From: a bacterium BMS3Abin02 | Lineage (GTDB): Bacteria > Actinomycetota > Acidimicrobiia > Spongiisociales > UBA4744 | Reading direction: 5' to 3' | Length of the DNA: 64,000 nt | Assembly: GCA_002897675.1 (NCBI GenBank) | Contig: BDSU01000037.1 | Coordinates: 2,399 to 66,398, forward strand | Part shown: positions 18,997 through 27,972 of the stretch, piece by piece | Layout of the letters: the number at the start of each line of letters is the position of its first letter | Position numbering within the stretch: position 1 is the first letter of the stretch | Made by a program: the position numbers and the translations under genes | Notes under the pieces: generated by a model | What the model saw: the letters and a program-made list of their open reading frames with translations, nothing else | Databases searched by the model: none | What the model was told of the DNA's origin: nothing

Positions 18997-20097
18997 CTAT
19001 GGCACGACCGGATGTCGTCTCGGTCCCAAGGACCCCGGCCTGTCCTCGAACACTCCGGGTACCACCGTGCCACAGGAGCCACAGCGTCCCCGGTCGATGT
19101 TCCATGCGGTGATCGAGTAGCCGGATCGGCCGATCAGCTTCGCGCCGCAGCCGGCGCACCACGTGCTCTGGGTCTCCTCATCGGGGATGTTCCCCGTATA
19201 GACGTACTGCAGCCCGTTGCCCATGGCGATCTCCCTGGCTCGCACGAGCGCCGAGAACCGGGTCCGCGGCACATCCAACATCTTGAACGCGGGATGGAAC
19301 GCGGTGAAGTGATGGGGAACGTCTGGGCCCAGGTTCTCGGCGATCCAGCGTGTCATCCGGTCGATCTCCTCGTCGGAGTCGTTCAGGCCCGGTATCAACA
19401 GCGTGGTGATCTCCAACCACACATCGGTCTCGTGACGAACATACGCCAGCGTGTCCAGGACCGGCTGGAGCCTGCCCGCGCAGTACCGGTGGTAGAACTC
19501 GTCGGTGAATGCCTTCAGGTCCACGTTGGCGGCGTCCATCACCTCGAAGAACTCCGCACGCGCCTGCGGATTGACGTACCCGGCCGTCACCGCGACCGTC
19601 TCGAGACCTGCGCGATGGGCCGCGACCGCGGTGTCGACCGCATACTCATGGAAGATGACCGGGTCGTTGTAAGTGAAGGCGACGCCGGCACAGTCGAGCC
19701 GTTTCGCCGCGGCGGCGATCCCTTGCGGCGATGAGCGCTGCGCCAGAACGTCATCGCCGCGCGCTTTGGAGATATCCCAGTTCTGACAATACCGGCACGC
19801 CAGGTTGCAGCCGGCCGTCCCGAACGACAGCACCGAGGTTCCCGGCAGGAAATGATTCAGAGGCTTCTTCTCGATCGGATCCACCCAGAAACCGGTCGAT
19901 CGCCCGTAGGACGTGAGCACGATTTCGTCTCCACGTCTCGCGCGCGTGAAACACAGGCCGCGCTGTCCCTCCCGCAGCTTGCACTCCCGAGGACACAGAT
20001 CACATTGGATCCGGCCGTCGTCGATCGCATGCCAGAACTTCGTCGGAACGATCGACCATGCGGGCCCAAGATCCATGTCCCGAAGACTACGCCCCAT
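18997..20097 (-). CDS. AmmeMemoRadiSam-system radical SAM enzyme (AmrS-like)
   Basis: CDLCPRECKL N-terminal Cys motif, radical SAM CNLACRYCQNW, and a C-terminal CAGCG...CGSCG motif. The start is uncertain and could be MDLGPAW at 20076. Confidence 0.85.
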   Translation of the reverse strand: MGRSLRDMDLGPAWSIVPTKFWHAIDDGRIQCDLCPRECKLREGQRGLCFTRARRGDEIVLTSYGRSTGFWVDPIEKKPLNHFLPGTSVLSFGTAGCNLACRYCQNWDISKARGDDVLAQRSSPQGIAAAAKRLDCAGVAFTYNDPVIFHEYAVDTAVAAHRAGLETVAVTAGYVNPQARAEFFEVMDAANVDLKAFTDEFYHRYCAGRLQPVLDTLAYVRHETDVWLEITTLLIPGLNDSDEEIDRMTRWIAENLGPDVPHHFTAFHPAFKMLDVPRTRFSALVRAREIAMGNGLQYVYTGNIPDEETQSTWCAGCGAKLIGRSGYSITAWNIDRGRCGSCGTVVPGVFEDRPGSLGPRRHPVVP

Positions 20098-20156
20098 CCG
20101 GCGCTCTCAGGGAATCGGCAGGACCATTCCCGCCGTGCGTCGACTCTCCAGGGCGG

Positions 20157-20633
20157 TCACGATCGGACGACGTGAGATTCCGACTCGGCGTTGGCGATCA
20201 CGAGTCCCCCACCGACCGTCAGCGCGTCGATGTGCAGGATCGGCGCGCCATCCGGCAGTGTCTCCGGATCCGGGATCTCGATCTGGGCCGCGCCGCCGAT
20301 CACACGATGGTCGACTTCGACGCGCCAACTCTTGCAGACCAGGACACGTGCTCCGCCGGCGAGAACCCGAAGGGAGAGACGCGCCCCTTCCGGATCGAGG
20401 ACGGCTTGGCGAAGATCGATGTCGACACCTCCCATCGCGGCGATCACTCGTCCAGAGCGGAGGCGTGAGGAGACACTCTCGTAGCTGCGACTGTCCATGA
20501 GTGCCACCAGGGCGAACTCGTCGGCCTTCTCGTCGGTGTTCTCACCAATGATCTTCGTGAGGGCGACCGCGGTCGCCTTCATGACGGCATTCACTGCGAT
20601 CATCCAGAACAGGATCTTGAACAGCTTCTTCAT
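20157..20633 (-). CDS. N-terminally anchored protein with LiaF-C/DUF2154-like beta-rich domain
   Basis: One TM segment, then repetitive beta-strand-like sequence (GGVDIDLRQA...LRVLAGGARVLV). The family assignment is tentative. Confidence 0.6.
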   Translation of the reverse strand: MKKLFKILFWMIAVNAVMKATAVALTKIIGENTDEKADEFALVALMDSRSYESVSSRLRSGRVIAAMGGVDIDLRQAVLDPEGARLSLRVLAGGARVLVCKSWRVEVDHRVIGGAAQIEIPDPETLPDGAPILHIDALTVGGGLVIANAESESHVVRS

Positions 20634-20719
20634 CGGTACCTCCGCTCTCCAAGCCTACGGGATCGACGGCGTCAACCGTACCGCCGGCCGGAAGTGGCGC
20701 GCATGGAAAGGGCCGAATC

Positions 20720-21328
20720 TCACGAGGCGAAGAAGAATGCCTTCACACCTTCGAAGAGGTACTGGGCTCCGATCGCCACGAGGATCAGGCCCATGAATCG
20801 AACCACGAGGACACCGCCGCGGCCGCGAATGAATCGTCCCGCAGACGCCGAGAGCGCGAGCACCAGAAACAGGATCAACGCGATGACCGCGACGGCGAGT
20901 ACGACCGTAAGGTCACCTTCGACATCCCCCGATTTGGCCGTCAGCGTGATGACCGTGGTGATCGCCCCGGGTCCGGCCACCATCGGCATCGCAAACGGCA
21001 CCAGGATCGAGTCCTCCTCGCTGATGGGACGATCCGAGTGCTGCACGCGTGTCGGACTTCCCTGCAACATCTCGAGGCCCATGAGCACGATGACGAGACC
21101 GCCTGCCGCCTGGAATGCGGGCATCGAGATCCCGAACGCCTCGAGTATCCACCTTCCTCCGATCGCCGAAACGGCCAGGATCGCGAACACCACACCGGAG
21201 GCGAGAGCCGCGTACCGTCGACGCGTCTGCCGATCGGAATCCTCTGTGATACTCAGGAACACCGGCAGCGCACCCACCGGATTGGTGATCGCGAGCAGTG
21301 CGGCGATTGCCTGGGCCAGTTCACTCAT
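20720..21328 (-). CDS. MarC family (UPF0056) membrane protein
   Basis: N-terminus ALLAITNPVGALPVFLS and six hydrophobic segments. Confidence 0.85.
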   Translation of the reverse strand: MSELAQAIAALLAITNPVGALPVFLSITEDSDRQTRRRYAALASGVVFAILAVSAIGGRWILEAFGISMPAFQAAGGLVIVLMGLEMLQGSPTRVQHSDRPISEEDSILVPFAMPMVAGPGAITTVITLTAKSGDVEGDLTVVLAVAVIALILFLVLALSASAGRFIRGRGGVLVVRFMGLILVAIGAQYLFEGVKAFFFAS

Positions 21329-21374
21329 CGGCGAGAGTCTACCGACGGACCCGCGAGTCCCGCATCAGCGGCCG

Positions 21375-21809
21375 TCAGGCATCCCTGCCGCGTCGGCGCA
21401 ATTCGGACATCAGCGCCTCATCCTCGTATCGCATCAGGTCGGGCGACCAGTGGAGGAGCACGATCGGTTTTCCTTCGACTTCTTCGAGCAACCCGATGAC
21501 CTCATCCCGCAGCGTCCGGGCCCAGGCCCGTCCCTTGGCATCGGCACGTCGCGACAGTGTTCCGTCCGCGTTGGCGGTGAACACCCCCACCTCGACTCGA
21601 GGGTTTGCCCTGGACCCCCGCTCTCCGTACACGAGGATCACAGAACCCACAGGGACGTCTTGCACTCCCCCGGTGGCGATGAACTCGCCTTCGAACGCCC
21701 ACCCGGAACTCTTGGACTCATCGACCCTCTCGATCACCTTCGCCCAGTTCTTGTGGCGCTCGTCGCCGATCAACGGAACGGAGATCGCGACGACAGGCCG
21801 GTCGTTCAT
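21375..21809 (-). CDS. hypothetical cytoplasmic protein (144 aa)
   Basis: Coding-like composition. Start taken at MNDRPVV to avoid overlapping the divergent oxidoreductase gene. No motif recognised. Confidence 0.55.
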   Translation of the reverse strand: MNDRPVVAISVPLIGDERHKNWAKVIERVDESKSSGWAFEGEFIATGGVQDVPVGSVILVYGERGSRANPRVEVGVFTANADGTLSRRADAKGRAWARTLRDEVIGLLEEVEGKPIVLLHWSPDLMRYEDEALMSELRRRGRDA

Positions 21810-21840
21810 GGGCCCACTGTACCGAGGTAATGTCGATGCC

Positions 21841-22821
21841 ATGAAGAACGTGCGATGGGGAATCATGGGAGCAGGGCGGATCGCGTCCGCACTCGTCGAG
21901 GCCGTGCGTCAGGTGCCGGGCGGAGAAGTCGTCACGATCGGTTCCTCGTCGAGGGAGCGGGCGGAAGCCTTCGCCGATCTTCACGACATCCCCGGCCGGC
22001 ACGCCACACACGAGGACGTCGCGCGCGACCCGAATGTGGATATCGTGTACGTCGCCACGACCAACGACCTGCATCATGCCAACACGCTGGCCGCCCTCGA
22101 ACGCGCAAAGCCGGTCCTCTGCGAGAAGCCGTTCGCTCTCAACCATCGGCAGGCGAAAGAGATGGTCGCCGCCGCTCGAGAACGAAACGTGTTTCTGATG
22201 GAGGCGATGTGGATGCGGTTTCAACCGGCGATCAGCCGCCTCGAGGCCATCGTGCGTTCGGGACGCCTCGGGGAGATCCACTCGATCCAGGCCAACTTCG
22301 GATTCCTCGCAGGACCTCACCCCAGCGGACGTCTGTTCGACCGCTCACTCGGCGGCGGAACGGTCATGGACCTCGGCGTCTACGTGGTCACCTTCGCCAC
22401 GATGCTCCTCGGTGCCCCCGATCGCATCATCGCGACAGCCGAAATGTCCGATGAAGGAATCGACGAGCAGGCCGGAATCGTCCTCCACCATCGCAATGGA
22501 GGCTTGTCCACGCTGAGCACCTCCTTCGTGGCGGATTCGAACATGGAAGCGTTCGTTTCCGGATCCGACGGACATGTCCGGGTCCATGCCCCATTCCACC
22601 ACTCCCCCACGCTTTCCATCGAGCGACGGGGAACCGTCGTCGAGACGATCGACACGAGCTACCAGGGATCGCCGTACCGATTCGAAGTCGAAGAGGTACA
22701 TCGATGCCTTCTCAAAGGGGCGACGGAAAGCCCGCGGATGAGCCTCGACGACACCCTGATGGTGATGCGCACCCTCGATCGGATCAGGGATCGGATCGGG
22801 CTGACCTTTCCGGGAGAGTAG
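21841..22821 (+). CDS. Gfo/Idh/MocA family oxidoreductase
   Basis: Rossmann N-terminus VRWGIMGAGRIA and the EKP motif (LCEKPFAL). Confidence 0.85.
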   Translation: MKNVRWGIMGAGRIASALVEAVRQVPGGEVVTIGSSSRERAEAFADLHDIPGRHATHEDVARDPNVDIVYVATTNDLHHANTLAALERAKPVLCEKPFALNHRQAKEMVAAARERNVFLMEAMWMRFQPAISRLEAIVRSGRLGEIHSIQANFGFLAGPHPSGRLFDRSLGGGTVMDLGVYVVTFATMLLGAPDRIIATAEMSDEGIDEQAGIVLHHRNGGLSTLSTSFVADSNMEAFVSGSDGHVRVHAPFHHSPTLSIERRGTVVETIDTSYQGSPYRFEVEEVHRCLLKGATESPRMSLDDTLMVMRTLDRIRDRIGLTFPGE

Positions 22822-22827
22822 GGGCGT

Positions 22828-23394
22828 TCAGTCCCGCCACCGGTTGGCGAGTTCATCCGCGTACTCGTTCCACCGGTAGCCCGCATGTCCCTTGATCCAC
22901 TCCAGCGTCAGTTCGGGCCGCCACCCGTAGTACGCCTTCCGCACCAGGTCCACATTCTCGACCTTCCCCGTCCTGCGCTTCCATCCACGCTTCTCCCAGT
23001 CTGCCGCCCACTCGTTGATCGTGCGCACCACCAGATTCGAATCCGAATAGATGGTCATCGGGGTGCCTTCGGGAACGAGGTCGAGTGCCGCGATCACCGC
23101 GGTGAGTTCCATTCGGTTGTTCGTCGTGTGCTCCGCGTGCCCATACGCCTCGGCAACGATCTCGTCGTCGACGACGTAGACGGCGCCCCAGCCTCCCGGT
23201 CCCGGGTTTGGCGACGCGCTCCCGTCGGTGAACACACCCGTGTGGGGACCCGCGTCGTCTGCAACGGGTTCCGATGTGCTCCGTGCGCCACGACAGTCGA
23301 GGCACAGCGCTGGTGTCCAGCCTGGATACCGGTCGAGCACTTGTCGAGGAAGTGTGAACGTGTTCCCGCAGCTCTGGCAGGTGAATGTCGCCAT
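22828..23394 (-). CDS. rnhA: ribonuclease HI with N-terminal CxxC...CxxC zinc-ribbon-like extension
   Basis: RNase H DEDD signature (FTDGSASPNPGPGGWG, NNRMELTA, IYSDSN, NEYADELA), preceded by CQSC-x20-CLDC. Confidence 0.85.
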   Translation of the reverse strand: MATFTCQSCGNTFTLPRQVLDRYPGWTPALCLDCRGARSTSEPVADDAGPHTGVFTDGSASPNPGPGGWGAVYVVDDEIVAEAYGHAEHTTNNRMELTAVIAALDLVPEGTPMTIYSDSNLVVRTINEWAADWEKRGWKRRTGKVENVDLVRKAYYGWRPELTLEWIKGHAGYRWNEYADELANRWRD

Positions 23395-23416
23395 CGTCGA
23401 AAGGATAGGCCCGAGT

Positions 23417-25366
23417 TCAGACGTCGAGCGCCGAGACGGTGACCTCGACCAGTGAGGGCCCATCGGACACGGCAAGCGCCTCCGAGAACACGGCTCCCAG
23501 GTCGGCAGGATCATCGACCTTGAATCCCTTCCCGCCACACAGGCGCGCGTACTCTGCGAAGTCCGGGTTGACCAGTCCGGTCTGCCACACAGGATGAACG
23601 GCTCCGATCTGCTCCCTGCTGATCTTGCCCAGCTCGTTGTTGTTCAGCAGGATGTGCGTGATCGGCATCCGGTACTTCACGGCGGTGGTGAACTCCGCGA
23701 GATACTGGCCGAAGCCTCCGTCTCCGGAGACCGAGATCACTTTCCGGTTGGTGCCCCTGGTCGCCGCCCACGCGCCCATCGCGCCCGGGAAACCGAACCC
23801 GATCGACCCCAGGTAGCCGGACATGAGGACATCCTGGTTCCCTTTCGCCTCGAAGTAGTGGCCGAACGCGTAGGTGTTGTTGCCGACGTCGACAGAGATC
23901 ACCGCGTCCGCAGGCACCAGCCCGGACAAGGCGGTGAATACGCCGGCCGGATGCATGCGACCGAACTCGTCGGTCACGGCGGCTCTTCGCGACGTCTCCT
24001 CGCGCCACCTGGTCCGCTTGAGTTCGACCGTGGCACGTTGCTCTGGCCGATCGACCGGGGGCAGCGCCTCCCTCAGGAGCTCGAGCGTCCGCCCGATCTC
24101 ACCCCAGATCGGAATGTCGACCGGGTGGAACTTGCCCAGGGTCATACGGTCGAAATCGACCTGGATCGTCGGCACCCATGTCGCGATGCCCGAATGGTTC
24201 GAGAACGACGCCCCGAGAACCAGCAGGGCATCCGCCCGCGCCATCAGCGCAGAAGCGATGGGTGTGCCCGAACGTCCCACCACGCCGCCGCCCAGCGCAT
24301 GGTCGTCGCCGATGAGACCTTTGGCACGAAAGGTCGTGATCACGGGCGCATCGATATGTTCCGCGAACTCGATCACCTGCCGGCGAGCCTCGCGTGCCCC
24401 GCTTCCGGCGACGATCAGCGGCCGCCGTGCCCCTTCGAGGAGTTCAACCGCCCACGACAATTCCTCCTTCGGCGGTGCGATCCCGTCGAACGCGACCCGT
24501 CCGGTTCGTAGCCGCTCCGGTGGATCGGAAAGGCCAGGAAGGGTTTGCACCTCATCTGGGAACACGAGATGGGCGACACCGCGCTCGACCAGTGCATGTT
24601 TGAGGGCGAGCGCCATCAACTCTGTCGCGTTGTCGGGTACGAGCACCGTCTGGCTGAAGTTGGCGACGGCGGCGAACGCTTCGGTGAGCGGCACCTCCTG
24701 GAACGCTCCCGGGCCCAGTACCTGGGTCTGGACCTGCCCGGTGAGCGCCAGAATCGGTACCCGATCGACCTTTGCATCCCACAGGCCGGTCAACAGGTTC
24801 GTTGCTCCCGGTCCGGCGATCGAGAAGCACGCTGCGGGGCGGCCGGTCAGCTTGCCGTAGGCGGAAGCCGCGAAGGCCGCCGCTCCCTCGTGCCGGATCC
24901 CTATGTACCTCAGACGCTGGTCCTGTTCGGCTCTTCGCAGAGCGTCGGCAAGCCCGAGATTGGAGTGGCCGACCATTCCGAACACCGTGTCCACGCCCCA
25001 CCCGGTCATGACATCGACCATCTGATCCATCAGGGTCGGCTCCTCCGAAAGGACAGGAAGCTCGACGTACAGGCCATCGTCGCGTTCCTCGAGCTGATAA
25101 CACGCGGCGGCATCGCTGAACCCTGCCGGCGGCTCGCCGGTGACCGGATCGTACTCGTAGCCGTGCCAGGGACAGAGCAGGTAGGAGCCTTCGATCTCTC
25201 CGTCGCCGAGTGGACCTCCCTGATGAGGACAACGGTTGTCGAGCACTCCCCAACCGGACTCGGTGCGGCTCACGGCCAGAGCACGGCCTTCGACGATCAC
25301 CGTTGTGACCCGGCCCACGGCCAGATCGCCGATGTCGAGCTTCCACCAGGCTGTCTTGCCCATCAT
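23417..25366 (-). CDS. Rieske [2Fe-2S] domain fused to a thiamine-diphosphate enzyme (pyruvate oxidase / acetolactate synthase-like)
   Basis: Rieske motifs CPHQGGPL and CPWHGYEY lie in the first ~110 aa. The three ThDP-enzyme modules follow (IRHEGAAAFAASAY..., GxG middle domain, GDGGF...NN C-terminal ThDP motif). AAGGGGA precedes the ATGATG start. Confidence 0.85.
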   Translation of the reverse strand: MMGKTAWWKLDIGDLAVGRVTTVIVEGRALAVSRTESGWGVLDNRCPHQGGPLGDGEIEGSYLLCPWHGYEYDPVTGEPPAGFSDAAACYQLEERDDGLYVELPVLSEEPTLMDQMVDVMTGWGVDTVFGMVGHSNLGLADALRRAEQDQRLRYIGIRHEGAAAFAASAYGKLTGRPAACFSIAGPGATNLLTGLWDAKVDRVPILALTGQVQTQVLGPGAFQEVPLTEAFAAVANFSQTVLVPDNATELMALALKHALVERGVAHLVFPDEVQTLPGLSDPPERLRTGRVAFDGIAPPKEELSWAVELLEGARRPLIVAGSGAREARRQVIEFAEHIDAPVITTFRAKGLIGDDHALGGGVVGRSGTPIASALMARADALLVLGASFSNHSGIATWVPTIQVDFDRMTLGKFHPVDIPIWGEIGRTLELLREALPPVDRPEQRATVELKRTRWREETSRRAAVTDEFGRMHPAGVFTALSGLVPADAVISVDVGNNTYAFGHYFEAKGNQDVLMSGYLGSIGFGFPGAMGAWAATRGTNRKVISVSGDGGFGQYLAEFTTAVKYRMPITHILLNNNELGKISREQIGAVHPVWQTGLVNPDFAEYARLCGGKGFKVDDPADLGAVFSEALAVSDGPSLVEVTVSALDV

Positions 25367-25534
25367 TCCCCTTGTCGGCCGTCGTACGTCTCGAGATCGG
25401 CTCGCCGGAACTCCTCCAGAACGGTTCATGCGGCAGCCGTCCGGGGCTGGGAGGCTCACCGTACCCCCCGCTGGGGCAACGAGTTGACGGGCACGGATGA
25501 AGGGGAGCCAACCGGACGGCCGGCCGCAACTGCC

Positions 25535-25563
25535 ACCGTACCCGGTTCTCGCGAGCTTGTGAA
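25535..25563 (-). promoter_or_regulatory. possible promoter of the Rieske-ThDP gene
   Basis: On the - strand: TTCACA, a 17-nt spacer, then TACGGT (TAnnnT). This would give a ~160-nt leader. Confidence 0.25.
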
Positions 25564-25636
25564 ACTATTCCCGTGGTTCAACCCCCACAAGTCGCGCGAT
25601 GCCGCTGCGCGTCCGGCATTCTCGAACGGATACCGG

Positions 25637-27934
25637 TCAGGGCACCAAGAATGCGGCCTGCCAGGCGGGACGGTGACGCTCACCACCGTCCGGATTCGGC
25701 AGAATCATCGGTGCCAACCGGTCCGGGGCGGCGCCGTCGTCGAGCAGCTTCCACCACTCCTCATCGGTGAGACGACCCAGCTCTTTGGGACGCCAGAACT
25801 CGTAGTACGAGTAGACCCCGCCAATTGCCACCTGGAACCGTCCGGTGTCGTCGGGGACGAGGACGAGGATCTGGTCGATCGCCCCGGTGCCGATCTCCAG
25901 ATACTTGAAGGTCGTCCGTCCGATGTCCGCGATCAGCGCGTCACGTGCATCGCCCGAAGCGACCGCCCCGGTCTCGGGGTCGGCGTCCGACGACGCGTAC
26001 CAGAGGCCCTCCATGGCAGACCCGATCCTGCCGAGCCAGTCGTTGTCATCGGTGCTGATGGCTCGTCCGGAGAGCTCGTCGCCGGCGAGACGCGCGAGGC
26101 GGGCGAGGAATTCCCGGAGGTCGCCGAGTAACCGATCGTCGGCGTCGGTGAGGAGGCCCCGCCCGGTCAGGCCGCTCTGAAGCAGCGCCGCGACCTGCGA
26201 CATTCTCTCGAATGCGATCGGATCCGGTTCGACCCAGTGGCGCGGATGCAGCTCGGTCCAGTCGCCGCCGCCCTCCGCGGCGAATTCCTGCTTCGCATAG
26301 AGGATCGTGTCGTGTTTCAGCTCCGCGTACGACCCGAGGCCGGTCTGGAGGTCCTTCGCCGTCCAGGCGTCGTTGCGCATGAACGGCGGGAATGCGTCAC
26401 CGTGCTCGCGCCATACCGGCTGGAGGGCCGACATCCACGCGTCGTATACGGTCGCGGCCCAGTCGTCCTCCGTGCGCACAGAGATGAGTTCGCGCATGGC
26501 CGCCATCCGATCCTCATAGTGCAGGTACCGGTCCTCGCCGGCCTGTCGTTGGATGCCGAGCGCCAGATCGGAATCGAATGTCGCGGCGACGTCGAGCGGC
26601 GACACGTACACTCGTCGTTTCGCCGGCGGCTCCTCTCCGACATTCGGCCAGGCGAGTTGGTCGAGAATGTACGAATCGATCACGAATCGCGCTCCCATGA
26701 TGCGGACCGAGGCCGCCTCCGGATTGATACCGACCGGACGGGTCGCGAGCAGTTCCTCCGCGACGGTCCGCAGGAGGCCGGTGTTGGCGAGATCGTCGGT
26801 CGACCACCCGTCTCCAACGACCGATGCGGCAACGGCTGCGAGCTCGAACGGCGTGTAGTCGTCGGCCATGCCGACCATGAACGCGGTGGGTTCGTAGATG
26901 AGCCGCCAATCCTGCTCGATGACCGGGTCCGCCTGCATCGCCGAGGCAACGAGGAGGGCGAACTGCATCGACGGTTCGTCGACGACCGGAGTCTCGCCGT
27001 CCATCTCGACGACGAATGACGCTCCTTCCTGCCCGAGCAGGGACATCGCCCGGAAGTACCGTTCGAGATCCTCGTTGCGGGTGTAGTGACCCCTGGGTTT
27101 GAACAGGGTGTAATCGACACACCCGCGTGGCGACTGCGCCGGATTGCACGCGGTGAAGCCGGTGATCGGCGACGTGGTCATCCGCGCCGCTTCAGTGGCG
27201 AGGCCGACCTCCTGCCCTGCAAGCGGGCCGACCGGCCCGACGTCGAGACCGAGCAGCACCGCGGCCGCTTCGAAGAGCTGCGCCACTCGCGACGTCTGGG
27301 CCGCAAGTCCCGTGCCTTCGAACGCCGCCGCCTGGCCTCGAGCGGCGGCGACCGAGCGAATGACGAGATCATCGAGCGCGGGGAGGAGGAAGTTCTGCTC
27401 GGTGTCACGGAGCACCTTGCCAAAGGCAAGATGGAGGACGTGGTAGCCGGCATCGGTGGTCACGAAGATCGCATGGTTGTCGTAGGGCGCCTGCGCGTAG
27501 ACATCCTGGAAGAGCGCCGCGTAGCCGGGTACGACGACGAAACCGTCATCGGTGAGCGCCCGTGCAACCTCGGGCCGCCCGACGAGGTACTCCGCTTCCG
27601 GTGAGATCACGACACTGTCGAGCGATGTCGGCCAAGCAGGCCCCGGATAGGTGCCCTGCTCATCCAGTGGAACGAGCGTGTACGCGGCGAACGGGCTCAG
27701 TGATCGAGGCTGCTGCTCAACGGTGAGAGTCATGTCGGCGACGGGGCCCGTGGACGTGGTCGTGGTCGAGGCAGTCGTAGTCGAGGCAGTCGTGCCCGAT
27801 GTCGTCGATGTGGTCCACGGATGCGGCGTCGATGTCGACGTCGCCACGGCCGCGGGGGTTGTCGGAGCCTCGGATCCACCCGTGCATGCCGCCACGAGAA
27901 GTGCGATGACGATGGCTGCCGTGAACGTCCGCAT
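25637..27934 (-). CDS. large secreted lipoprotein (possibly DUF3160 family)
   Basis: Lipobox LLVAAC, a Thr/Ser-rich linker, then a ~700-aa domain. The family name is from memory and is unverified. Confidence 0.75.
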   Translation of the reverse strand: MRTFTAAIVIALLVAACTGGSEAPTTPAAVATSTSTPHPWTTSTTSGTTASTTTASTTTTSTGPVADMTLTVEQQPRSLSPFAAYTLVPLDEQGTYPGPAWPTSLDSVVISPEAEYLVGRPEVARALTDDGFVVVPGYAALFQDVYAQAPYDNHAIFVTTDAGYHVLHLAFGKVLRDTEQNFLLPALDDLVIRSVAAARGQAAAFEGTGLAAQTSRVAQLFEAAAVLLGLDVGPVGPLAGQEVGLATEAARMTTSPITGFTACNPAQSPRGCVDYTLFKPRGHYTRNEDLERYFRAMSLLGQEGASFVVEMDGETPVVDEPSMQFALLVASAMQADPVIEQDWRLIYEPTAFMVGMADDYTPFELAAVAASVVGDGWSTDDLANTGLLRTVAEELLATRPVGINPEAASVRIMGARFVIDSYILDQLAWPNVGEEPPAKRRVYVSPLDVAATFDSDLALGIQRQAGEDRYLHYEDRMAAMRELISVRTEDDWAATVYDAWMSALQPVWREHGDAFPPFMRNDAWTAKDLQTGLGSYAELKHDTILYAKQEFAAEGGGDWTELHPRHWVEPDPIAFERMSQVAALLQSGLTGRGLLTDADDRLLGDLREFLARLARLAGDELSGRAISTDDNDWLGRIGSAMEGLWYASSDADPETGAVASGDARDALIADIGRTTFKYLEIGTGAIDQILVLVPDDTGRFQVAIGGVYSYYEFWRPKELGRLTDEEWWKLLDDGAAPDRLAPMILPNPDGGERHRPAWQAAFLVP

Positions 27935-27972
27935 GATGCTCCCCCGCCAGGATTGTAGAGCGACGGAACCGG

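Noticed and set aside
25367-25636. A possible TPP riboswitch in the leader of the ThDP enzyme gene. The - strand reads GGGGGGUACGGUGAGCC...GAACCGUUCUGGAGGAGUUCCGGCGAGCCGA, loosely like GAACCUGAUCUGG...CCAGCGUAGGGA.
   Set aside because: The invariant CUGAGA element and the terminal AGGGA are missing, so only partial resemblance remains. An Infernal scan with RF00059 would be needed before any claim.
27765-27794. A tandem 15-nt direct repeat (GTCGAGGCAGTCGTA / GTCGAGGCAGTCGTG).
   Set aside because: It lies inside the large lipoprotein gene and simply encodes the Thr/Ala/Ser-rich linker (TTASTTTAST). It is not a CRISPR or regulatory repeat.
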